From the NCBI GenBank assembly GCA_002399265.1, contig DHDG01000039.1, positions 33,847 through 97,846 of the forward strand: DNA of 64,000 nucleotides, given 5' to 3'. The position numbers were made by a program, and so were the translations under genes. Below the pieces are notes generated by a model that saw only the letters and a list, made by a program, of their open reading frames with translations, ran no database searches and had not been told where the DNA came from. The DNA is from Firmicutes bacterium UBA4882 (GTDB lineage: Bacteria > Bacillota > UBA4882). Below are positions 27,407 through 35,758 of the stretch, piece by piece; positions within the stretch are counted from its first letter, which is position 1, and the number at the start of each line of letters is the position of its first letter.

Positions 27407-29221
27407 TCATTGGCCGCCTTTTAATTTAGCAATCATATCATCGATTTGCTTCTGGGACATGATCGGTTCTCCCTCATCTTTTGCCGGTCCTGCCATTATA
27501 GGAGCAGTTGTCTTGCCAGACGTGACTGGCAAAGGCGCCATCCCCATCCGGTTAGTTTGGAACGGCTGAACCTGCGACTGGCCCAAAGAAGGAGTCCTTA
27601 GACCAGGTTGACTTGTGGAAGGTTCCGGCATGGTTCGATTAACCGGCTGTGCGTTAAATGGCCGCGGTTGTGGCGGTTGTTGCTGCTGTGGTTGTTCCGG
27701 CAGGAACGGCTGTGCCGGCAACACGCTTCTTTGAAATTGAGCCATCGTGTCCGGATTGGAGGGCACCTGCCGAGCAAAAGGCTGCGACAGCGAGTTCGAG
27801 TTCGAGTTCAAGTTCGAATCAGCAGGTTTAGGATCATCACTATCGTTATTAGGGGCAAACTGCCTGAAAAGGTCGTCAATCGATTTCTGACTCATTGATA
27901 CTGCACTATAAGAACTTGGCTTAATACGATTCCCGGCCACATCTTTCATTGAATCGTTCATAGCGCGGCCTTCAGACGATGCTGCAACCTCTGGAACGGA
28001 ATAACCGGGCTTTTTAAGCAGCCTATCCGCTACATCTTGGGAAACATCGCCTTCTACAGCATAACTTTCGCTATATTTAATTTTTACCTTACCCTTATCA
28101 TTATAATCGGCGCTACCAGCACTGGGTTCGGAAACCAACTTTTCTGAAACACTCTCGACGTTTTTGGTAGCTTCATTTTCTCTCGGAAACACCCAGCCAT
28201 CCAATATGTTATTGGCAGGCTGTGCGTTGGCGGTTTGTGCACTGGTATTGCCAGAAATGAAGGGAGCACTATTTGCTTTGACGTCCAGAGAAAAGAGCGA
28301 ATCGCTCTGCTCTTGTTCCGGTACGGCGCTTCCGTTTGACAAATCTCCGCCGACCGAAAGGTCAAAATGAAGCTCTTCAGTTTGCGGAGCAGATTGCGCG
28401 TTCATTTCGAAACCCGGCACCGAACTTGCACCAACCTCCGCTGGTATTGCTGCTTCCTTAAAGAAAACAGGAGCTTGCTCAGCTGCCGGCGTTGATGGCA
28501 TCACCGGTGTCGGTGCAACTGGCATCGCTGAGGCCACGAATTCGTCGAAAGCAGGCGCAGGATCTGATTCTACTACTGGTGACGAAGGAGCAGCTTTGAC
28601 AATTTCCACCCAAGGCTTAGGCTGCGGCGCAGAAGGCCTTTCGCTGACTACTTCAGCCACTGGAGATACTGCAGGTTTTACCATTGGGGCCGCTGCAGGT
28701 TGTACCACTGGCGGTGGAGCTGGCGCTGCTGCGGGTTGTGCTGGCCTTTCGCTTTTGTAATAATGTGACTCTGAGGCGGATTCCTCCGGAAAGAAAAAGG
28801 AATAAAGCGCTTCTGCTGAAGGCGTGGGAATAAATTCATCTTCAGGCAAAAGGATTTCCCATGAAGCTTTAATTAAAACGCCTTCATTAAAGGCTGTCAC
28901 TGCATCACCATCGGAAGTTTGACGGCAGGAATGCACTCTCAATACCGAACCGGTATCCTTACGCACGAGCGTACAAGGTAGCACAAAGCATCTGGATAGC
29001 AGCAGCAGGTTGTTGCCTTCTTTAATAGCCCAAATATCCGACTCCAGAGTTTTCTGCAGCGTTGTTCTTGGATCGGAGGTGCGCGGATCGATTGGTAATT
29101 GTTTCTTTACTTCAGCGGGAATTTGAAACAGGATGCGCATGAATCCGTTCCAGCTGGCTTCTGTAAATTGCAGAGAGACTTCTTGTTCAATGCTAAATTC
29201 TCGTCCATGAAGTTGTTGCAT
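27407..29221 (-). CDS. Hypothetical protein: ~170-aa N-terminal globular domain followed by a ~430-aa Pro/Ala/Gln/Ser/Asn-rich disordered region
   Basis: The ATG (MQQLHG...) lies 1 nt after the gene C stop, with GGGGGG inside the gene C 3' end. The low-complexity region is extreme (PAQPAAAPAPPPVVQPAAAP..., NSNSNS, QPQQQQPPQPRP). No TM segment. The track ORF starts 14 codons earlier. Confidence 0.6.
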   Translation of the reverse strand: MQQLHGREFSIEQEVSLQFTEASWNGFMRILFQIPAEVKKQLPIDPRTSDPRTTLQKTLESDIWAIKEGNNLLLLSRCFVLPCTLVRKDTGSVLRVHSCRQTSDGDAVTAFNEGVLIKASWEILLPEDEFIPTPSAEALYSFFFPEESASESHYYKSERPAQPAAAPAPPPVVQPAAAPMVKPAVSPVAEVVSERPSAPQPKPWVEIVKAAPSSPVVESDPAPAFDEFVASAMPVAPTPVMPSTPAAEQAPVFFKEAAIPAEVGASSVPGFEMNAQSAPQTEELHFDLSVGGDLSNGSAVPEQEQSDSLFSLDVKANSAPFISGNTSAQTANAQPANNILDGWVFPRENEATKNVESVSEKLVSEPSAGSADYNDKGKVKIKYSESYAVEGDVSQDVADRLLKKPGYSVPEVAASSEGRAMNDSMKDVAGNRIKPSSYSAVSMSQKSIDDLFRQFAPNNDSDDPKPADSNLNSNSNSLSQPFARQVPSNPDTMAQFQRSVLPAQPFLPEQPQQQQPPQPRPFNAQPVNRTMPEPSTSQPGLRTPSLGQSQVQPFQTNRMGMAPLPVTSGKTTAPIMAGPAKDEGEPIMSQKQIDDMIAKLKGGQ

Positions 29222-29222
29222 C

Positions 29223-30581
29223 TTAATTCCCCCCGCCAGGATTGATAAGAGGGTTAATATCACTCATAACCCAGAACTTTTGCAGACCGGGAGCCAGAAA
29301 CTCCCACCACCCGGAATCCTTGACGCCACTTCGATAACGATGTCGAACTGCAACCGCTGGAATATCATGACTCAATACCGAAAGCTTGCCGACATTCAAA
29401 TCTGATTCAGTGTAGATATTTGTTCCGGCCTTCAAATAGTCAAAAGCGATCTGATCCTGCTTTATCCAGCCATCTAGTTGTGAATTCTGTACGTAAAGCC
29501 ACGGTTCCTGCAAGGAGTCATAATCTCTTTCGAGAATATCCAGTTTTTCACCGGATTGAAAGCGACCCTGAGGATCCCCTCCGCCAACTCTCGGGAAAAC
29601 ATTGACAACGCCTTTGGCATAACCGCGGATTGTTGTAACCGAAAACTCCTCACTGATAGGCAGTCGCAACGTTTTTGCTATCTCAGGAGCAGTCTCCCCC
29701 ACCCAATACTTGGCGATATACCAGGCTTGCTGAAAATACATCGGTTTGAACTGGTAGGCCCCGAAAAAAACTCCACCAATAATCATCAGGACCAGAGCTA
29801 CCTTAGCCAACTTTGACGAAGATCTGCTTCTGGATCTGGATATAGACTTTGATTTGGCACGGCGTTCAAATCGTCTTTGGGCTGGCCGCGGCTCCGTTCG
29901 TGGACCGGTGCTGCACTCAAAAGCAGTTACGTGAAAACGCTCTAACTCAATTGAATCCAAGACTTTCGGAAACTTGCCGAAATAGGCGTCTAAATCGGAC
30001 GGTTTCAAGATCCTGTATGGAAAAGGCAAGAAATTATATTGCTTGTCTTGCGGAAAATCATGCAAAATTATGATGCTCGGTATAACATTGAGGGTTGCTT
30101 TTTTTACGCGTGCCTGTGTCCATTGGCAGACAGCGAGGATTGTTTCCTGCAACTCTGTTTTGGAATCAGCAAGATTCTGACCCTCTAAATCAGCCCTGTC
30201 AAATATAACGAAGATACCTGCAGAACCTGACGCAATAAGGGCCGGATCCCTTTTTTGGATAGACCAGTCATCCGGCATTTGTATCAGTTTCCCGGCTGCC
30301 TGAATTTTGGCTTGATGTTCAAATACCCACTGGGCATCCTGATCATTTTTCGAAAACAAAGCGATCATGAAAAGAGCAACTACAGCTAACAGAAATAAAA
30401 GCCCGCCCGCCATTGCGAATCTGAAATCAACAAACCCGCCAATGGCCAGGATTACCATAGCTGTTGTTATAACCAGCCCGCCGATTGAGATCAGCAACAG
30501 GAAATTGAAAATGCGGTTTTTCGGAGAAAAACCCTTAGCGGGTGAAACATCCGCTATAATGCTCGTCAATAACCCGGCCAA
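29223..30581 (-). CDS. Membrane protein with 3 TM helices: cytoplasmic NERD-like segment between TM2 and TM3, basic Ser/Arg-rich linker, extracytoplasmic LysM-like + SH3b-like C-terminal region
   Basis: The start is TTG after AGGTGG, 6 nt upstream. The motif GSAGIFVIFDRADLEG...W resembles the NERD core GIFVIEVK...W. The C-terminal GEKLDILERDYD...WLYVQNSQLDGWIKQDQIAF is SH3b-like. The segment GETAPEIAKTLRLPISE is LysM-like. Confidence 0.55.
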   Translation of the reverse strand: MAGLLTSIIADVSPAKGFSPKNRIFNFLLLISIGGLVITTAMVILAIGGFVDFRFAMAGGLLFLLAVVALFMIALFSKNDQDAQWVFEHQAKIQAAGKLIQMPDDWSIQKRDPALIASGSAGIFVIFDRADLEGQNLADSKTELQETILAVCQWTQARVKKATLNVIPSIIILHDFPQDKQYNFLPFPYRILKPSDLDAYFGKFPKVLDSIELERFHVTAFECSTGPRTEPRPAQRRFERRAKSKSISRSRSRSSSKLAKVALVLMIIGGVFFGAYQFKPMYFQQAWYIAKYWVGETAPEIAKTLRLPISEEFSVTTIRGYAKGVVNVFPRVGGGDPQGRFQSGEKLDILERDYDSLQEPWLYVQNSQLDGWIKQDQIAFDYLKAGTNIYTESDLNVGKLSVLSHDIPAVAVRHRYRSGVKDSGWWEFLAPGLQKFWVMSDINPLINPGGGN

Positions 30582-30699
30582 TTACAGCCACCTGCACTTC
30601 CAAGAAACATACTCCAAATAAAGATACCTTTTACTATTTATCGGCAAAAGGCACTGTCATCTTTAGCTGTTATAGAGAAATATCTCCAGACATTTAGGT

Positions 30700-30729
30700 A
30701 AAAAAACAAGCCCGGGCTCTTCCCGGGCT
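30700..30729 (-). terminator. Rho-independent terminator after speH, upstream of the three-gene operon
   Basis: The stem gcccggg/cccgggc is followed by UUGUUUUUUU on the minus strand. Confidence 0.65.
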
Positions 30730-30766
30730 ACCTGTAGCGCCCTTAGTTAATTACTTACTCTTCATT

Positions 30767-31150
30767 TTACGAAATTTTTTCCAAAACCATTTCGTTTGCA
30801 GTGAACAAACCGCGTTTAACTTCTGTAGCGCTCATATGTCCGGCTCGGAAACGTTTCGTAATATAATTACAAGCCTTCCAAGGATCAACGCTATCACCGC
30901 ATGTGAAAACGTCTAATGCGGCGTAACCCAGCTCAGGCCAGGTGTGAATGGTTAAATGAGACTCGGATATAACCACTACACCGCTGACACCCTGGGGGCT
31001 AAATTTATGGAAGGCGACCTCCCGAACTTCCGCTCCAGCACCCAAAGCCGCTTCGACCATGATTTGTTCGATCGCTTTACGATCATCCAACACCTTAGGG
31101 TCACACCCATGGACTTCACATAAGATATGACGCCCCAAAGCATTGTTCAT
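30767..31150 (-). CDS. speH: S-adenosylmethionine decarboxylase proenzyme (class 1B SpeH/SpeD)
   Basis: The motif ISESHLTIHTWPE (serine self-cleavage site) is present, and the size matches. Confidence 0.85.
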   Translation of the reverse strand: MNNALGRHILCEVHGCDPKVLDDRKAIEQIMVEAALGAGAEVREVAFHKFSPQGVSGVVVISESHLTIHTWPELGYAALDVFTCGDSVDPWKACNYITKRFRAGHMSATEVKRGLFTANEMVLEKIS

Positions 31151-31234
31151 TTACATTCTTTGCCCCCTTCATTCTTCAGGTGCGCTTAACGCACTAAATC
31201 CCACGCTCCTGACTGCAAAATCTAATCAAAATTT

Positions 31235-31262
31235 ATTTTAACAGAGTACCCCCAAAAGTCAA
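31235..31262 (-). promoter_or_regulatory. Candidate sigma-A promoter for speH (TTGACT-16-TAAAAT)
   Basis: The minus strand reads TTGACTtttgggggtactctgtTAAAAT, ~90 nt upstream of the ATG. Confidence 0.4.
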
Positions 31263-31302
31263 GAGTTAAGCAGATATTTTCCTCTAAACCTTCTTGCCTA
31301 TA

Positions 31303-32574
31303 CTATCTTATACTATGCAAATTTCGGAAAGCGTTTACTATTGCCGGGACTATTTGCTCGATAGCAAATCCGCCCTGGACAAATACTGTATATGGTTCGC
31401 GCAATGGGGCGTCTGCGGATAGTTCCATGGAAGCGCCCTGGACAAATGTCCCACCAGCCATTACTACCGGATCAGGGTAACCAGGCATTGGTGCCGGTTC
31501 AGGATAAATGTGCGCTCCCACCGGCGATGCCTGCTGTAATCCTCGGCAGAATGCGACCAATAATTCTGCTCTGCGCAGATTAACAGACTGAATAATATCA
31601 GTGCGATTATCGTCAGGTCCAGGACTGCAGTAGTACCCTAATCGGCCGCCAAGTGCCGCCGTAAATACCGCGCCTGTCAGGGATTCCGTCACAAAGTGCG
31701 GCGCGAGAAACAGCCCCTGAAAAAGCAGCCTGTTGCCTGTCAGACTTGGCCCGATTTCGCCTTTAATCACCGGCGCATACAACCTGGCAGCTACCCTGTC
31801 AACCATCTCCTTTTTGCCGGCAACATAGCCGCCGCCTGGAGCCAAACCTCCTCCGGGATTCTTGATTAACGATCCGGCGGTCAAATCTGCGCCCAAAGAT
31901 GGAGGTTCAGCCTGCTCAACAAATTCTCCGTAACAGTTGTCTACCAAAATAACTGTGCCAGGCGCTTTCTGTTTTGCCAGAGCAATAATCTGACTTATTT
32001 GTGAAAGTGTCCGTGAAGGCACATTGCTGTAACCGCGTGAACGTTGAACCAGAAGCACTTTTGGCGATTTAAGCAAAAGCCGCTCCAATGCGCTCCAATC
32101 TATACTTCCGTCAGCGGTCAGCTCACATTCCAGATAATTAATCCCGCTATCAATCATACTGCCCGGTTCTGGCGCGCCTCCTGCGCCGATTACACGGCGC
32201 AGGGTATCATAGGGTGCTCCGGCAGCACTGATCAGGAGATCGCCAGGTTGCAGCAACGCACCCAGGCATAGTGCCAAAGCGTGAGTCCCAGAAACGATCT
32301 GCTGCCTGACCAAGGCGGCCTCTGCGCCGAATATTTGAGCATAAACTGTCTCCAAAGCCTCCCGGCCGGCATCATCATAACCATAACCATCTGTGGCAGA
32401 AAAATGATGATAATCAAGCCTCACGCTGGTGAAGGCCTTTCTGATCCGTTCGGTCCATAAAAAAGAGTTCTCCAAAAATTTAGGGCGGTGTTCCATACTG
32501 CACTCGAAGGACTCCGTCGCCGCCTTACGCAAATCGTCCGTAACATCTCCCAGGAAAAGATCTTTACTAATCAT
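31303..32574 (-). CDS. PLP-dependent Cys/Met-metabolism family protein (YnbB / aluminium-resistance-protein-like, methionine gamma-lyase family)
   Basis: Full-length similarity to YnbB-type proteins. A Gly-rich PLP region is present (KNPGGGLAPGGGYVAGKKE). Confidence 0.7.
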   Translation of the reverse strand: MISKDLFLGDVTDDLRKAATESFECSMEHRPKFLENSFLWTERIRKAFTSVRLDYHHFSATDGYGYDDAGREALETVYAQIFGAEAALVRQQIVSGTHALALCLGALLQPGDLLISAAGAPYDTLRRVIGAGGAPEPGSMIDSGINYLECELTADGSIDWSALERLLLKSPKVLLVQRSRGYSNVPSRTLSQISQIIALAKQKAPGTVILVDNCYGEFVEQAEPPSLGADLTAGSLIKNPGGGLAPGGGYVAGKKEMVDRVAARLYAPVIKGEIGPSLTGNRLLFQGLFLAPHFVTESLTGAVFTAALGGRLGYYCSPGPDDNRTDIIQSVNLRRAELLVAFCRGLQQASPVGAHIYPEPAPMPGYPDPVVMAGGTFVQGASMELSADAPLREPYTVFVQGGFAIEQIVPAIVNAFRNLHSIR

Positions 32575-32597
32575 AGGTCGCCTCCAGCTACCAATCT

Positions 32598-32637
32598 GCT
32601 TCTTTCAATGAAAGCAGCGGCCTGACAGGCCGCTGCT
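32598..32637 (-). terminator. Hairpin after hfq (weak U-tract; possible partial terminator)
   Basis: A perfect 10-bp stem agcagcggcc/ggccgctgct sits between hfq and the downstream gene. Confidence 0.35.
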
Positions 32638-32668
32638 TGCGCTTGCGCTAAAAGATAACTACTAGGAT

Positions 32669-32932
32669 TTAGGATTCATCAGTAAAGGTGCTCTCAGTAC
32701 GTGGTGCATCACTCGCAAAGTCGAGCGCTTTGGCGGGAATAATCGTGGAAATCGCATGTTTATAAACTAGTTCGTGCTTACCGTCATTCTCGAGAATGAT
32801 CGTGAAATTATCAAATCCACGGACAATGCCACGCACCTGAAAGCCATTTACCAGGTAGATGGTTACTATTACGGCGTCTTTGCGCACCTGATTCAAGAAA
32901 CCATCCTGCAAATTTATGGCGGGTTTATTCAT
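32669..32932 (-). CDS. hfq: RNA chaperone Hfq
   Basis: The Sm motifs are present ([25 protein letters not shown]). Confidence 0.9.
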   Translation of the reverse strand: MNKPAINLQDGFLNQVRKDAVIVTIYLVNGFQVRGIVRGFDNFTIILENDGKHELVYKHAISTIIPAKALDFASDAPRTESTFTDES

Positions 32933-32966
32933 GAAAATCCCTCCAGTGTTAACAATCGTTGGTTCC

Positions 32967-33914
32967 TTATTCGCCGTTACAGATTGACCTTCCTTCTAGC
33001 ATTGCTGATATTTGTCCACTCATTTCGGTAGTGCTCTTGCCCGTATGATCCAGCCAAACCGCGTTTTCTTCCCGGCGAAACCAAGTTAACTGCCTTTTGG
33101 CAAATCTGCGTGTGTTACGCTTAATTATTTCAACCGTCTCTGCCAGCGTCGCCCTCCCGTAAAGATAATGCACGATTTCAGCATACCCCAGAGCGGAAAG
33201 CGGGCCTTTATGAGTATTGTACCCTTTGGCTAATAGGTACTGCGTTTCAGCGATCCATCCAGCGGCCATCATTTTTTCGGTTCGCAAGTTAATGCGTTCA
33301 TACAATTCACTACGGTCCCTATCCAAACAAAGCATCAGGCAGTTATATCTTTCTTCAGAACTCTGAAGACATTTGGCTTGTTGGCTGACCGGGAAACCAC
33401 TCTGGTGATAAACTTCTAGTGCCCGAATAATTCTGACCCTGTCGTTCACATGAATGCGTGCTGCAGACACCTGATCAACTTCCTGCAGCTTTTCCCAAAG
33501 GTGTTTATTACCGTACATCTCAGCTTCCTGTTCCAATTCGTAGCGATAGTGCTCGTCCCGACCGGGGCTTGGAAAAAGAAAACCTGTTACGGCAGCACGA
33601 ATATATAATCCGGTTCCGCCCACCAAAATCGGAATGTGACCGCGCCCGACAATCTCCGGCACAATGCGGCTGACATCGGCAGCGAACTGGGCGGCATTAT
33701 AAATCTCATCAGGTTCGGCAATATCGATCAAATGATGCCGCACCAGCAATTGCTCTTCTTTGGACGGTTTGGCGGTACCGATATCGAAATAACGATAGAC
33801 CTGCATCGAATCGCCGGAAATGATCTCGCCGCCTAATTTTTGAGCAATATGTAGAGCCACATCACTTTTGCCGCTGGCGGTTGGCCCGACAATCGCCAAG
33901 AGCGGATACTTCAT
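32967..33914 (-). CDS. miaA: tRNA dimethylallyltransferase MiaA
   Basis: The P-loop GPTASGKS is present. The ATG at 33914 is preceded by AGGTGA. The track ORF starts 8 codons earlier, abutting the mutL stop. Confidence 0.9.
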   Translation of the reverse strand: MKYPLLAIVGPTASGKSDVALHIAQKLGGEIISGDSMQVYRYFDIGTAKPSKEEQLLVRHHLIDIAEPDEIYNAAQFAADVSRIVPEIVGRGHIPILVGGTGLYIRAAVTGFLFPSPGRDEHYRYELEQEAEMYGNKHLWEKLQEVDQVSAARIHVNDRVRIIRALEVYHQSGFPVSQQAKCLQSSEERYNCLMLCLDRDRSELYERINLRTEKMMAAGWIAETQYLLAKGYNTHKGPLSALGYAEIVHYLYGRATLAETVEIIKRNTRRFAKRQLTWFRREENAVWLDHTGKSTTEMSGQISAMLEGRSICNGE

Positions 33915-33934
33915 CTGCTGCTCACCTGCATCTG

Positions 33935-35758
33935 TCACTTGCGTCGGAAGCGCCGGTCTAATTCGTCCCGGCTTAACCTAATCATAGTTGGACGTCCGTG
34001 AGGACATGTATATGGATTTCTGGTTTTCCAAAGATCAGACAGCAACTGCTCCTTTTCAAGGTTTGCCAGTCTGTCGCCAGCCTTAACAGCGGCCCGACAA
34101 GACATAGTGATTAAGAAAGCTTCCTGAATTTCTTTAGGATTATTGAATCTTTCGGTGGCCAGCAATTGCTCGATCAAATCCAGCAGTAAAGGTTTATGAT
34201 CTGAAATTCCCCTAATGACCGGAACAGCTCTAATTACAATTGTTTTCCCCCCGAATGGCTCTAAGTCATAACCCAGACTCTTAAAAACGGGGATTTTCTC
34301 CGAAGCCATTTTGTATTGCCTGTAATTAAGCTCCATCGTTTCCGGTATCACCAGCAGTTGGCTGTTATCGGGACGCAACGTTTGCATCAGCCTGTCAAAA
34401 ATCACTCTTTCATGAGCGGCATGTTGATCAATTAATATTAATCCATCACCACCGGTGGCGAAAAGATAAGTACGATCGAGTTGCCCTTCCAGACAATGCA
34501 CTTCCGTTTTTTCCGAGGGGCGGTTGTCTCCTGCCACGCCGGCCTCACTGCGCCACGCATCTACAACCTCCGGACCCGGATCAACTATAACCGCAGCAGC
34601 ATTGTCAGCGGCATTTGCTTCACTGGCAGACGTAGCCGCAATGTAGCCAGCGCTACTTTTCGAATCCGAATGAGCAAATTGCAGTTGCGGTTGCGGCAAC
34701 GTCCCTGACGTCCCGGGCATCCCTGACGTCCCGGGCAAATCATCTTTCATTTTCCATGAAGGAATCAACTCATTCAACCTGAGAGCATTGCTGACTGCTC
34801 GGTAAACCGCAGAAAAAATGGCGTCTTCCCTGCTAAATTTGACTTCAGCCTTGGTAGGGTGCACATTGACATCCACTTCTGTGCCTGGTAGCTCCATGAA
34901 AATTACTGCCAAAGGAAATCTGGCAATCGGAAGCAACGTTTTATATGCTTTCTCCAAAGCGGCCCCGATCAACGGGCTACGTACCGTCCTGCCACTCACA
35001 AAGAAATGCTGCGAATGTCTGTTAGATCTGGCATGCTCCGGTTTGCCAATGAATCCGCTAATTCTAAGGTTCTCAGCCTCATAGCCAATCTCCAGCAAAT
35101 CCTTGGCAATATCTTTCCCCAAAACGGCACTTAAAACTTCGGCCATGTTTCCAGTACCATGCGTGAACAAGACCTCAAAATCGCCATGCAACAACCTAAA
35201 GGAAACATCCGGCCGTGACATGGCCAGCCGACCAATCAAGTCGGCTATGTAAGAGGCCTCTGTTGGAATCGACTTCATATATTTGAGTCTGGCAGGAACA
35301 TTAAAAAACAAATCCCGGATGGTAATGGTCGTGCCAACCGCCGCTCCGGCTTCCTGAACACTCTTGATTACGCCCGCCTTGGCTTCCAAAGCAGTGCCGA
35401 TGCTGCCACTTTTCGGGACGGTGACCAGTTTGAAAATAGATACCGCGGCGATACTGGCGAGTGCCTCGCCACGGAAGCCAAGGGTTTTTAAGCTTTCCAG
35501 GTCTTCCGACTCTCTGATTTTGCTCGTGGAATGACGTTCCAGTGCCATGACCGCATCATCCCGGTCCATGCCCGCTCCGTTATCGGTAACCCTAATCAAC
35601 TGACGGCCCCCGGCTCTGATTTCTACTTCTATTCTGGTCGCACCCGCGTCCAGAGAGTTTTCTAATAGTTCTTTAACCACGGAAGCGGGACGCTCAATAA
35701 TTTCCCCGGCGGCTATTTTATTAATCGTTGCTTCGGAGAGCAATCTGATGTTACCCAT
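33935..35758 (-). CDS. mutL: DNA mismatch repair protein MutL
   Basis: The GHKL ATPase motifs are present (ELLENSLDAGAT; DNGAGM). The ATG at 35758 (MGNIRLL) is preceded by GGGAGAGG and overlaps the mutS stop by 8 nt. Confidence 0.9.
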   Translation of the reverse strand: MGNIRLLSEATINKIAAGEIIERPASVVKELLENSLDAGATRIEVEIRAGGRQLIRVTDNGAGMDRDDAVMALERHSTSKIRESEDLESLKTLGFRGEALASIAAVSIFKLVTVPKSGSIGTALEAKAGVIKSVQEAGAAVGTTITIRDLFFNVPARLKYMKSIPTEASYIADLIGRLAMSRPDVSFRLLHGDFEVLFTHGTGNMAEVLSAVLGKDIAKDLLEIGYEAENLRISGFIGKPEHARSNRHSQHFFVSGRTVRSPLIGAALEKAYKTLLPIARFPLAVIFMELPGTEVDVNVHPTKAEVKFSREDAIFSAVYRAVSNALRLNELIPSWKMKDDLPGTSGMPGTSGTLPQPQLQFAHSDSKSSAGYIAATSASEANAADNAAAVIVDPGPEVVDAWRSEAGVAGDNRPSEKTEVHCLEGQLDRTYLFATGGDGLILIDQHAAHERVIFDRLMQTLRPDNSQLLVIPETMELNYRQYKMASEKIPVFKSLGYDLEPFGGKTIVIRAVPVIRGISDHKPLLLDLIEQLLATERFNNPKEIQEAFLITMSCRAAVKAGDRLANLEKEQLLSDLWKTRNPYTCPHGRPTMIRLSRDELDRRFRRK

